From NCBI GenBank assembly GCA_002716355.1, contig PBAU01000008.1:1-32000 (forward strand): a DNA stretch of 32,000 bases. Direction: 5' to 3'. This document shows, piece after piece, positions 7,522 through 16,480 of this stretch (position 1 is its first letter; every line of letters starts with the position of its first letter). The notes under the pieces were generated by a model, which saw only the letters and a program-made list of their open reading frames with translations, ran no database searches and was not told the DNA's origin. Source of the stretch: a bacterium (GTDB lineage Bacteria; UBP7; UBA6624). Both the position numbers and the translations under genes were made by a program.

Positions 7522-9112
7522 AGTTCTATACAACAAATACAGACCTAAACAGTTTGAAGATTTAATAGGTTTATCGATAACAAAAAAAATACTTACAAAC
7601 TGCCTAAAAACAGAACAAATACCTCATGCATGGTTGTTTTATGGACCTAGAGGTACGGGAAAAACAACTACAGCAAGAATTTTTGCTGCTGCAATCAATT
7701 CCAAATCAAGAAAAAATGGCTTTGAGCCAAATCTAAAAGAAGAAATCGTAAAATCTATTTTCCAAGGATCATCACTCTGTTTATCTGAAATTGATGCTGC
7801 CAGCAATAGATCTGTAGGAGATGTTGAAAACCTACAAGAAGAAATGAGATTTTCATCACCAGATGGAAAAAAGAAAGTCTATGTGGTTGATGAGGTTCAC
7901 ATGCTTTCAAAAGCAGCTTTTAATGCATTGTTAAAAACCATGGAAGATCCACCAGGGCACGTAATGTTTATCCTGGCAACAACGAATCCAGAAAAAGTTC
8001 CTGAAACAATAAGAAGCAGATGCCAAAATCTAGCTTTTCATGCACATAGAGCTATCGATTTAAATGGACTGATACTAAAAATTTCAAAAAAAGAAAAAAT
8101 AAAAATGGAAAAAGGGGTTGAACAATTGATGTCCTATATTTCAGAAGGAAGCGCCAGAGATGCACTTGGAAATTTAGAAAAACTATCTGCCTTCTCAGAA
8201 AAAAATATAAAACTTTCAGACGCTTTTAAGCTGTTTGGCCTGAGTGACATCATAGGGATAGAAACATTCATAGAATCTCTTCTAGAAAAAGATTCAACAA
8301 AATGCTTAACTCATGTAGAAAAACTTTTTAATACAGGTATATCAATATGGCCATTTCTGGATCAAACAATTGAATATTTTCACAACATACTTATATATAA
8401 AAAAATCAAAAACTATGAAGGCTACTATCGTTTGAAAAATGGTATTTCTGAAAAATGGAAAGATGACCAAATATTCATTGTTCAAAATGAAATCATAGAG
8501 CTTAAGAAAAGTCTAAAATGGGAAAGAGAAGGCTTAACCCTCTGGAGGATTGTAGCTTTTAACATACATCAAAAAATTAACAGGGCATCAAGTTTAACAA
8601 AGGATGAGATTTCAAAAAACAACAACACAATAAAAAAACCCTCAGCAAAAATTCAAGAGGAAAAGAGGGAATCTAAAGCAAGCATCCAGGAACCCAAAGA
8701 TAAAAACAACAACACAATAAAAAAACCCTCAGCAAAAATTCAAGAGGAAAAGAGGGAATCTAAAGCAAGCATCCAGGAACCCAAAGATAAAGATTGGGAA
8801 ACTTTTCTTAAAAACCTACAACAAGCAGATTTGCATTTGTGGATACTCCTCAACAAAAGAAAATTTATCAAATGGGAAGGCAATGCAGCTTTCATATCAG
8901 TAAATAACGATTCTGTTGCTTGGAAAAAATTAAATCAAGATGTTGCTAAAAAAGTTATAGAAACAGTATCTAATGCATGCTTGAAAAAGAAAATAGAATT
9001 AAAAATAATTATCGATAAAGAACCAGTTTTAACGAAAAAAAAACAAAAAAATAATTTAAATATAGAAAAAGAAATTGAAGACTTGGGGATAGAGGGAGAA
9101 TGGGACAAATAA
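7514..9112 (+). CDS. dnaX: DNA polymerase III subunit gamma/tau
   Basis: 532 aa with YRPKQFEDLIG, Walker A GPRGTGKTT, Walker B VYVVDEVHML and sensor SRCQ. The ATG overlaps the dxs stop by 8 nt. It contains an internal perfect 29-aa duplication. Confidence 0.9.
   Translation: MAEVLYNKYRPKQFEDLIGLSITKKILTNCLKTEQIPHAWLFYGPRGTGKTTTARIFAAAINSKSRKNGFEPNLKEEIVKSIFQGSSLCLSEIDAASNRSVGDVENLQEEMRFSSPDGKKKVYVVDEVHMLSKAAFNALLKTMEDPPGHVMFILATTNPEKVPETIRSRCQNLAFHAHRAIDLNGLILKISKKEKIKMEKGVEQLMSYISEGSARDALGNLEKLSAFSEKNIKLSDAFKLFGLSDIIGIETFIESLLEKDSTKCLTHVEKLFNTGISIWPFLDQTIEYFHNILIYKKIKNYEGYYRLKNGISEKWKDDQIFIVQNEIIELKKSLKWEREGLTLWRIVAFNIHQKINRASSLTKDEISKNNNTIKKPSAKIQEEKRESKASIQEPKDKNNNTIKKPSAKIQEEKRESKASIQEPKDKDWETFLKNLQQADLHLWILLNKRKFIKWEGNAAFISVNNDSVAWKKLNQDVAKKVIETVSNACLKKKIELKIIIDKEPVLTKKKQKNNLNIEKEIEDLGIEGEWDK
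8615..8788 (+). repeat. Perfect tandem duplication, 2 x 87 bp, in frame inside dnaX (29 aa: KNNNTIKKPSAKIQEEKRESKASIQEPKD)
   Basis: Base-by-base comparison of 8615-8701 with 8702-8788 shows no mismatch. The protein track shows the duplicated peptide. Confidence 0.95.
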
Positions 9113-9130
9113 ACAAAAAGGAGAAAAAAA

Positions 9131-10000
9131 ATGAGTAGATATGAATTAAATATAGGTTTAGCAAGACAACTTTGTGGAGGCGTGATCATGGATGTTGTGA
9201 ACTCAGATCAAGCAAAAATTGCTGAAAATTCTGGAGCATGTGCAGTCATGGCTTTAGAAAGAGTTCCTGCGGATATACGCTCTAATGGAGGAGTTGCAAG
9301 AATGTCTGACCCCAAACTTATTGAGGAGATCAGAGAATCAGTCACAATTCCTGTGATGGCTAAATGCAGAATTGGGCATATTGCAGAAGCAAGAATGCTG
9401 GAATCAATTGGTGTTGATTTCATAGATGAATCAGAGGTTCTAACGCCGGCAGATGAAGAATTCCATCTACCAAAACACAAAATTGAAGTCCCAACGGTAT
9501 GCGGAGCAAGAAACCTAGGAGAAGCACTTAGAAGAATAGATGAAGGAGCCGCACTTTTAAGAACCAAAGGTGAAGCTGGAACAGGAAATGTTGTTGAAGC
9601 TGTAAGGCATATGAGGCTTATTAAATCAGAACTTAAAAACTTACTTAGTGAAAAAAACATCTCTTCAGCAGCAAAAGAGCATCGAGTTAGTGAAGATTTG
9701 ATAAAAAGAATCATCAAAAACAATGGCCTTACTGTTCCTAACTTTGCAGCTGGCGGTATCGCAACACCTGCAGATGCATCACTAATGATGACCCTTGGAG
9801 CAGAAGCAGTGTTTGTAGGAAGCGGCATATTCAAAAGTGAAAACCCTCCATTGGTTGCTAAAGCCATAGTTGATTCAGTAAACCACTGGAATGACGCTGC
9901 AAAACTTGTTGATATATCAAGAGGCTTAGGTGAACCTATGAAAGGCTTGGACATACATCTCTTAAAACAAGAGGAAAGACTTCAGGAAAGAGGTGTCTAG
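9131..10000 (+). CDS. pdxS: Pyridoxal 5'-phosphate synthase, lyase subunit PdxS
   Basis: 289 aa with [36 protein letters not shown] and [10 protein letters not shown]. An AAGGAG Shine-Dalgarno lies about 8 nt upstream. Confidence 0.95.
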   Translation: MSRYELNIGLARQLCGGVIMDVVNSDQAKIAENSGACAVMALERVPADIRSNGGVARMSDPKLIEEIRESVTIPVMAKCRIGHIAEARMLESIGVDFIDESEVLTPADEEFHLPKHKIEVPTVCGARNLGEALRRIDEGAALLRTKGEAGTGNVVEAVRHMRLIKSELKNLLSEKNISSAAKEHRVSEDLIKRIIKNNGLTVPNFAAGGIATPADASLMMTLGAEAVFVGSGIFKSENPPLVAKAIVDSVNHWNDAAKLVDISRGLGEPMKGLDIHLLKQEERLQERGV

Positions 10001-10550
10001 AGTCATAGGGATCGCAGGACGGCAAGGCAATTGCCAAGAACATAAAAATATCCTAGACTCACTTGGCTTTAAAAATAAAATCGTCATTGATGGAAAGGAT
10101 ATAAAAGGACTAACGCATTTGATACTTCCTGGTGGAGAGTCAACCACACAAGAAATGCTTTGGCGAAAAACAGGACTCTGGCAAGAAATTAAGAAATTTG
10201 ATAATCCCGTATTAGGAACATGTGCTGGCGCAATACATATTGCAAAAATAAAAAAAAACAGCATAACATGTACTAGAAATGCATTTGGAAACCAAAAAGA
10301 AAGCTTTTACAAAGAAATGAATTTCTTTTTTCAGGATGAAAAAAAAACACTTAAAGCAATGTTCATTAGAGCTCCAAAAATCAACATATCAAATATAGAA
10401 AAAGTTAAAATCCTGTCGTCTTTTACATTAAAAGGAAATGAAGAAGAGCATATAGCTGTTATGAAACTAGGAGAAAGACATTGGTTGTCATCATGTCATC
10501 CTGAAGCAGTTGGCGACGATACGCTTCATAAGGCATTTTTAAAATCATGA
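9993..10550 (+). CDS. pdxT: Pyridoxal 5'-phosphate synthase, glutaminase subunit PdxT
   Basis: 185 aa with [23 protein letters not shown], catalytic Cys in GTCAG, RNAFGNQ and the His/Glu pair in CHPE. The GTG start overlaps the pdxS stop by 8 nt. Confidence 0.8.
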   Translation: MSRVIGIAGRQGNCQEHKNILDSLGFKNKIVIDGKDIKGLTHLILPGGESTTQEMLWRKTGLWQEIKKFDNPVLGTCAGAIHIAKIKKNSITCTRNAFGNQKESFYKEMNFFFQDEKKTLKAMFIRAPKINISNIEKVKILSSFTLKGNEEEHIAVMKLGERHWLSSCHPEAVGDDTLHKAFLKS

Positions 10551-11170
10551 AAGCAAAAAAAGGAAGATTTATAACGATAGAAGGAGGAGAAGGAACTGGA
10601 AAAACAACACTAATTAAAAATTTAAAAGAAATAATCAATTCAAAAAATATTAAGTGTTGCATAACTAGAGAGCCTGGAGGCACAAGCATCGCAGAAGCCT
10701 TAAGGCTTGCCTTGGTTAATAATGATCTTGACCTAGATCAAGAAATTGACATAATTTCATTTGCAAGAAGCGAACATGTGACAAGGTTGATAAACAAAGA
10801 ACTTAATAATGGTAATTGGGTTTTATCTGATAGGTTTTTTGATTCAACATTAGCTTATCAAGCTCTAATGGAGCCTAAAAGATTCAAAGAAATTGAACAA
10901 TATTGCTTTCTTGCTGCTGGTTCATGTATTCCTGATTTAACAATTTGGCTTGACTTGGATCCCAAAATAGGCCTAAAAAGAGCTAAAGACAAGAATAAAT
11001 TTGAAGAAAAAACTTTAGATTTTCATAAAAAACTAAGAGAAAATTTTTCAAAAATAAGTGACATTTATCCACAAAGAGTGATCAAGATCAATATTAAAAA
11101 TCGAAACATAAATGAAGTTACAAACTTAGCACATTCAGTGATAAGAGGACGTTTTTCTGAATTCAAATGA
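10547..11170 (+). CDS. tmk: Thymidylate kinase
   Basis: 207 aa with the P-loop FITIEGGEGTGKTT, TREPGGT and DRFFDSTLAYQ. It has an ATGA overlap with pdxT. Confidence 0.9.
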   Translation: MKAKKGRFITIEGGEGTGKTTLIKNLKEIINSKNIKCCITREPGGTSIAEALRLALVNNDLDLDQEIDIISFARSEHVTRLINKELNNGNWVLSDRFFDSTLAYQALMEPKRFKEIEQYCFLAAGSCIPDLTIWLDLDPKIGLKRAKDKNKFEEKTLDFHKKLRENFSKISDIYPQRVIKINIKNRNINEVTNLAHSVIRGRFSEFK

Positions 11171-12048
11171 ATTCAACATTAAAAAAACCTAAGGGCTTCA
11201 TTTTAATTAATGGTATATCCATTCAAGAAAACAAAAAATTATCAATATCTATTGCTAATCAGCTAATCACAAATGAAAACAGCAATCATGACTTGAAAAT
11301 TGTAGATCTTTATACAGATGACAAAGATAAACAAAAATATCCCTGGATTAATAAAAAAAACTATCATCCAAGATTGTCAAGATTTTGGAATGAAGAACCA
11401 ACAAACGCATTAAACTTCTTTAAAACGCTACCGAGATTCAATAAAGTTAAAGTGATGATTATCCATGGCTTTGACCTGCTTGCTAATGCAGATACGAGCA
11501 ACACTATACAGAATAATCTACTGAAACCTTTAGAGGAGATAAAGGACACTCATGTAGTGATAGCAAATTGCATAAAAACAAATGTAATACTTCCCACAAT
11601 AATCTCAAGAGCAACACTAATAAAAAACAACCATTTAATTGAATCGGAAACAAGAGAGGCTTATTCAATTTGTGAAAAAAATGGACTTGAGTTTGATGAA
11701 AAATTAAATGATAAATCACTTATGCTGATAGCTCAAGAATGGAGAAAGCTAACAAACGGAAATATGCAACAAAAAATACTTGCATCCAGTATCCTTTCTG
11801 GCAAAAACCTAATTGGAAAAGATGATGAATTCAAGCATAAATGGCTGGAGGAAATAGGAGTTGATCCAAAAGTTTTGAAATCATTAAATGAAAGAATCTT
11901 TTACGCCATTATTGAATTCCTAATTAAAACAAATGATAATTCAGATTTAATTTTAGAGCTTTCAAAATGGAAACAACTGAAATCTTCCTCAAACATTAAC
12001 AGTTCATTAAACCTAATGGCGATCCTTACAGCTGAATTAAAAAATTAA
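11167..12048 (+). CDS. holB: DNA polymerase III delta-prime subunit-like protein (divergent)
   Basis: 293 aa. The conserved tmk-holB synteny is present. A clamp-loader box is visible: KVMIIHGFDLL ... NNLLKPLEE ... LPTIISRA. There is no intact Walker A, as expected for delta-prime. The sequence is divergent, so the call leans on context. Confidence 0.55.
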   Translation: MNSTLKKPKGFILINGISIQENKKLSISIANQLITNENSNHDLKIVDLYTDDKDKQKYPWINKKNYHPRLSRFWNEEPTNALNFFKTLPRFNKVKVMIIHGFDLLANADTSNTIQNNLLKPLEEIKDTHVVIANCIKTNVILPTIISRATLIKNNHLIESETREAYSICEKNGLEFDEKLNDKSLMLIAQEWRKLTNGNMQQKILASSILSGKNLIGKDDEFKHKWLEEIGVDPKVLKSLNERIFYAIIEFLIKTNDNSDLILELSKWKQLKSSSNINSSLNLMAILTAELKN

Positions 12049-14258
12049 AAACCTTGTTCAAGTTGACTTTGACCAGGAATAGTTGTAACCACAAAACCTT
12101 CATTTCCATGAGCCATACCAAGAGGCTGATCGCTGAAAGCTTTAATTCCCCATGTAAACATTAAAACATCATCAAACCTTCTCCATGACAGCTGCCAAAA
12201 TGTACAACAATTTTCTTTTGTTACAAGAACCTCATCTAAAAGTGGCTCATTGCTATTGAACCTATGATTCATCGACAAACCAACTCTAAATCCAGTATTA
12301 AGCTTTGCTGTGACTTTTGACTGAAGGGTTTTTAACTTAAAGCCCCAATTCTGCATATCCCAAGCTGTATTCATTGACCATTCAAGCTTTCCTCGCTTAA
12401 TTGTTTGTATCCTTAAAGACAGGTCTCTCGGCTGATCATTCACAAGAGACCATCCCCAATTTAAAGACAACCTGCTATGCTTAGACGGTGTAGAGGAGTA
12501 AGTCAAAGAGGGGTCGTAAATGCTATTTTTCATAAAATCAAAACCTGTAGTGAACCTAAAGTCCGTTCCCAAGCTTGATCTAAATCCAGTTTGCCAAGAT
12601 AAATTATTTGTTTTTGAAGCTATGTTTGTTGTAATCGGGTTTGTTCCATGTATATCTCTGTATTGGTGACTAAAAGTTGTATTCCATTCAGAAGACAAGG
12701 GTAAACTTAAAGTAAAAGATGGCTGTATCGAATATTGAGCGTCACCTGTATCAAAAATACCTTGAACTAAAGAATTTCTAGCAGTCAGGGATGAATGCTT
12801 TCCAATCTGCAAAACTTGATTTTGAGAAAAAGTGATTTTGGCTTCACCTAATTCAGTTTTTGGATCTGGGTTTTGCGGTGTAGTTATTGCAGGTCCAAAC
12901 TTTGTTTTTGAAGCCTCAAATCCAATCCTGTTGATAGCCAAAGCTCTTCCAATTGAATTATCCCAAAGAGAATTAGAAAGACCTAGTTTTAATGAAGGCA
13001 ACTGGTCTCTAAAAGGTCTATTTTCATCATCCGTATAAGAATCTCCATCCGGATCTGATTTTTTAGAAAAATTTAAAGACCAATTTTTAATATACCCTGA
13101 AGCACTTCCAGAAATAGTACTGGTAACCTGAAGCTCCTCGTCAGCAGCAATCTGACTCAATGAGTTTCTAGAAGAGAAATTTCCTGAACTTCTCCACGAT
13201 ACAGAACCGATTTTCCTGCTATCCTTAAGCACCAAGGAATAATTTTTCTGATCTGAAAAAGAATTTTTATTCGTTCTCCAGCTACCATTAATGTCAGTTT
13301 TTGTTCCATTACCCTGATCCCATGCAAGATTAAAACTAGCATTTTCATCATTTCTCCTCTCTGAACCAGAAAAAGAATTTGGCAAATAAGTGTCATTCTT
13401 ACTATATGACATATTCCCAATAAAATCACCAATTTTTATCTGCTGCTTAAAATTAGCTATCTGGTTTTTCTGATTAGTTCCAGGATCTTCTGAAGAGTTA
13501 TACAAAAAAGAACCTAAGCCACCCAGTAAAGATGACCAATAGCTTGACGTTAGACCTTTCTTATCTCCCTTTTTTTCTGTCCAGTCATACATCAACCCTC
13601 CTACAAATTGAGGATTGACTGTGTAATACCAAGAACTCTTGACAAACTTACCTTCAGTATTATTCTTTCCAACTGTTATGTTTATAGCTCCATTTCTTGA
13701 TTTCAAATCCAGATATATATATGGAAAATACATCACTGGCACTCCACCCATCCAAAATATAGCGCCCCAAGCCTCTATCTTTTCTTTTGGAACGACATAA
13801 CTTTTACGACTTGTGAGCTCCCACTCCTTATTGCATGGAGGAAGACATGAAGTCATTCTTGAAGATTTCAATACAAATGCATTTGCTCGACCCTCATAAC
13901 TTTGAGCCTCAAAATAAAAGGGGTATTCTTTTTCACCAGGGAAAAAACCCCTGGCATTATTGAATTTGAAATAATCTGCCTGCGTGTCATAATCCATAGA
14001 TTCCGCATAAACCATATATTCAGGTTTTTCGATTAGAACATTCCCGTTAGCTATTATTTGTTTTTGAGTGTAGTCCAGAACTAATTCATCAGAACTTATC
14101 TCCCAGTCCTCCCAAGATAAAGAAACCCCTCCAATTCCAATCCATAAATTACCTTCATCTAAAATTTCCAATTTTTCAGCTTTGATTGGAATCTCCTCGC
14201 AGGAGATATTAAACAATGGCACAAAAAGCAACATAAAAATAAATATTTGCTTTTTCAT
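12045..14258 (-). CDS. lptD: LPS-assembly outer membrane protein LptD (OstA family)
   Basis: 737 aa with signal peptide MKKQIFIFMLLFVPLF. It has an OstA-like N-terminal domain (IIANGNVLIEKPEYMVYAESMDYD) and the junction motif MTSC...EWELTS...GVPVMYFPYIYL. The C-terminal region is long and beta-rich. It sits directly downstream of the lptF/lptG-like genes. Confidence 0.75.
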   Translation of the reverse strand: MKKQIFIFMLLFVPLFNISCEEIPIKAEKLEILDEGNLWIGIGGVSLSWEDWEISSDELVLDYTQKQIIANGNVLIEKPEYMVYAESMDYDTQADYFKFNNARGFFPGEKEYPFYFEAQSYEGRANAFVLKSSRMTSCLPPCNKEWELTSRKSYVVPKEKIEAWGAIFWMGGVPVMYFPYIYLDLKSRNGAINITVGKNNTEGKFVKSSWYYTVNPQFVGGLMYDWTEKKGDKKGLTSSYWSSLLGGLGSFLYNSSEDPGTNQKNQIANFKQQIKIGDFIGNMSYSKNDTYLPNSFSGSERRNDENASFNLAWDQGNGTKTDINGSWRTNKNSFSDQKNYSLVLKDSRKIGSVSWRSSGNFSSRNSLSQIAADEELQVTSTISGSASGYIKNWSLNFSKKSDPDGDSYTDDENRPFRDQLPSLKLGLSNSLWDNSIGRALAINRIGFEASKTKFGPAITTPQNPDPKTELGEAKITFSQNQVLQIGKHSSLTARNSLVQGIFDTGDAQYSIQPSFTLSLPLSSEWNTTFSHQYRDIHGTNPITTNIASKTNNLSWQTGFRSSLGTDFRFTTGFDFMKNSIYDPSLTYSSTPSKHSRLSLNWGWSLVNDQPRDLSLRIQTIKRGKLEWSMNTAWDMQNWGFKLKTLQSKVTAKLNTGFRVGLSMNHRFNSNEPLLDEVLVTKENCCTFWQLSWRRFDDVLMFTWGIKAFSDQPLGMAHGNEGFVVTTIPGQSQLEQGF

Positions 14259-15349
14259 CTTGGCATTCTTCTCAATAAAAAGAAGCCCAGGGTGAGGAAT
14301 ATCAAATTAGGCATCCATGCAGCTGCAACAGGATTTATAAGATCTTGATACCCTAAAGATTTAAAAATATTCAAAAAACCAAAAAACATGCCAAAAAGAC
14401 CCAAACCCAAAAAAACATTCGAATAACCTCTAGATATTCCACCCCATAAAGATAGCGGAAAAACAACTAATGTTAAAAGTATAGCACTTAATGGTAAAGA
14501 CATTTTCAAATGAAGATTCAATAACAAATGAGCTGTTTCTGAACGATTTTGGCCCCATTCTGAAGCTCTTTTGATATCTTGTTGCAAGTCTGGCGTATAC
14601 CTTTCAAGAGCCTGTCCAGGAACCTTTAACGAGTTAATGAGATCCAAGCTTAACAAACCTTCCATAGATTCAAAAGGTTGTGAGGGTATTGAGTCATAAT
14701 AATCACCAAGAACAGGGTACTCAATCCCACTTTGGAACGTTAAGCTATCCTCATCTATATATGCAGATCTAGCCAAAAGTAAACTCTCTTTACTTTCATC
14801 AACACTTGACAAAACCATAATGTTTTTAGCCAAATTTCTTGTTTTGTCATGCTTGCCTATAAAAACAATTGTTCCATCTGAGTGAGAATAAATTAAATTT
14901 TCCTTAATCTCTTTATCATCAATTTGCTCAGGTGCATATCTTGAAATTAATTCGTTATATTTGCTTAATGTTTTTGGAACTAACTTTTCCCCAAAATAAT
15001 AATTCACTACACAAATGAATGAAGCAAGGACCATAAGAGGCATAAGCATTTTTTTTGGATCCATTCCAGATGTAATTAAAGCTCTGTATTCAAGATCTCT
15101 TTCAATGCGTCCTAAACCTGTCAAAAGACCTAAAACAAGCGCAATTGGTAATGTGTGAAATGTCCAATATGGTATTCTCAAATATAACATCTCAAGAACA
15201 ACCTTAACAGGTATTTTTCTATCAACAATAATTCCTACTAATTGATAAAAATCAGTTCCTAAAAGCTCTAAGCCTAATATTGCTATAGTAAAAAGAAAAA
15301 CAGGAGGAACCACCTCTCTTAAAGTGTAAAAATTTAACTTTTTAAACAT
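14255..15349 (-). CDS. lptG: LptF/LptG-family LPS export permease (second of pair)
   Basis: 364 aa with YjgP/YjgQ architecture: three N-terminal TM helices, a soluble central domain and three C-terminal TM helices. The F/G assignment is by gene order only. It overlaps both neighbours (8 nt and 4 nt). Confidence 0.7.
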   Translation of the reverse strand: MFKKLNFYTLREVVPPVFLFTIAILGLELLGTDFYQLVGIIVDRKIPVKVVLEMLYLRIPYWTFHTLPIALVLGLLTGLGRIERDLEYRALITSGMDPKKMLMPLMVLASFICVVNYYFGEKLVPKTLSKYNELISRYAPEQIDDKEIKENLIYSHSDGTIVFIGKHDKTRNLAKNIMVLSSVDESKESLLLARSAYIDEDSLTFQSGIEYPVLGDYYDSIPSQPFESMEGLLSLDLINSLKVPGQALERYTPDLQQDIKRASEWGQNRSETAHLLLNLHLKMSLPLSAILLTLVVFPLSLWGGISRGYSNVFLGLGLFGMFFGFLNIFKSLGYQDLINPVAAAWMPNLIFLTLGFFLLRRMPR

Positions 15350-16457
15350 TTTTCCTCTTTAAGAAAAGTAAAAATAAAATTCCAATGATCAAAAATATCG
15401 CATTAGGCAACCATCCTGCAAACAAGGGGGGAATCGACATGGTGTAACCTAAAGCCCTGCCAACACCAATCAACCCCCAATAGACAGTAAAAGACACAAC
15501 AGCAACAAAAAAAGCTGAGGTTCTTCCAGATTGACCCATGGACAAAGCAAGCGGGAATGCAAAAATTACAAAAATTAAATTAGCAAAAGGCAGGCTATAC
15601 CTATAATAAAGCTCAGTTTCCTCCCTGGCTAAAAGTCTTTTTGGGTAAAAAGATCTTGATTTGTGGTTTTCTACTTTCTCCTTCAGTGTGGAAGCATTGT
15701 CAACTAATGGACTGTCTATAACTGGAATTGAACCTGAGAACTCTCTGCTCAAATCAATTTCTGCTTTTTTAAAATTTTGAAGGATCTTTATCCTGCTTCC
15801 CTCATCAGAAAATTTAATTGATTGGCCTTCGTTTAATTGTAAAATTTGATTTTCAATATTGCCACTTTCAGCTCTGACCAGCTCTCTCGGAGAGTTCATT
15901 AAATTTAACTTAAGTATCCTTATATCACGTATTGTTCCTTCCTGTGATATGTCCCCAAAATAATAGTACATATTATTTGGACCGGAAACAAACTTTCCAG
16001 GCTCGACTCTTTTAATCAAATCACTTTGGCTAAATTTTGCTACTATTTCAAAATATTCAGTTAAAGAGTCCTTCATGTATTTCTCTTGTATAAAAAACGA
16101 AAATAAAGAAATCAAAACACCAACAAAAGCAAACCTATAGAAAATAGAAGATTTTGAACATCCAGAAGTTCGTACAGCTCTAAACTCGCCATCTTGAATC
16201 AATCTCGAAACAGAAAGAAAAATTGCAAAAAGAAGAGATACAGGAAGTGCAAAAACAATCCAAAAAGGCAATCTTAAAAACAACATGTGAAATATAACAA
16301 AAATTGGAACCTGTTTAGATGAAACTAAATCAATCATCTGATAAAGATCCATTGCCAAAATAGCAAACAGAAGAAAACCGAAAAGAACAGCAAAGAAGGG
16401 ACCTAAGAATTCATTAAAAAGCCATTTATCTAATATGCGATTTCTTATAGAAAACAC
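15342..16457 (-). CDS. lptF: LptF/LptG-family LPS export permease (first of pair)
   Basis: 371 aa with the same architecture as its paralogous neighbour. GTG start at 16457. The F/G assignment is by gene order only. Confidence 0.7.
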   Translation of the reverse strand: MFSIRNRILDKWLFNEFLGPFFAVLFGFLLFAILAMDLYQMIDLVSSKQVPIFVIFHMLFLRLPFWIVFALPVSLLFAIFLSVSRLIQDGEFRAVRTSGCSKSSIFYRFAFVGVLISLFSFFIQEKYMKDSLTEYFEIVAKFSQSDLIKRVEPGKFVSGPNNMYYYFGDISQEGTIRDIRILKLNLMNSPRELVRAESGNIENQILQLNEGQSIKFSDEGSRIKILQNFKKAEIDLSREFSGSIPVIDSPLVDNASTLKEKVENHKSRSFYPKRLLAREETELYYRYSLPFANLIFVIFAFPLALSMGQSGRTSAFFVAVVSFTVYWGLIGVGRALGYTMSIPPLFAGWLPNAIFLIIGILFLLFLKRKNV

Positions 16458-16480
16458 AGGCTATTGAACCTCAAGCCAGA

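Noticed and set aside
9035-9043. A9 homopolymer (followed by A7 at 9045-9051) in dnaX as a Thermus-style transcriptional-slippage site for gamma production
   Set aside because: It lies at about residue 507 of 532. Slippage there would only alter the last ~25 residues and could not generate a gamma-like truncated clamp-loader subunit.
8935-9189. 84-aa minus-strand ORF bridging the dnaX-pdxS junction
   Set aside because: It is highly hydrophobic, Phe/Ile/Ser-rich and low-complexity, generated by the complement of Lys/Glu-rich coding sequence. It overlaps two solid genes.
9208-9954. 248-aa ORF on the minus strand, almost exactly antisense to pdxS
   Set aside because: Its translation is low-complexity and rich in Ser, Ala, Leu and Pro, with no recognisable motif. 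It lies entirely inside a very well-supported, highly conserved gene, so it is a typical shadow ORF. No independent start or RBS context supports it.
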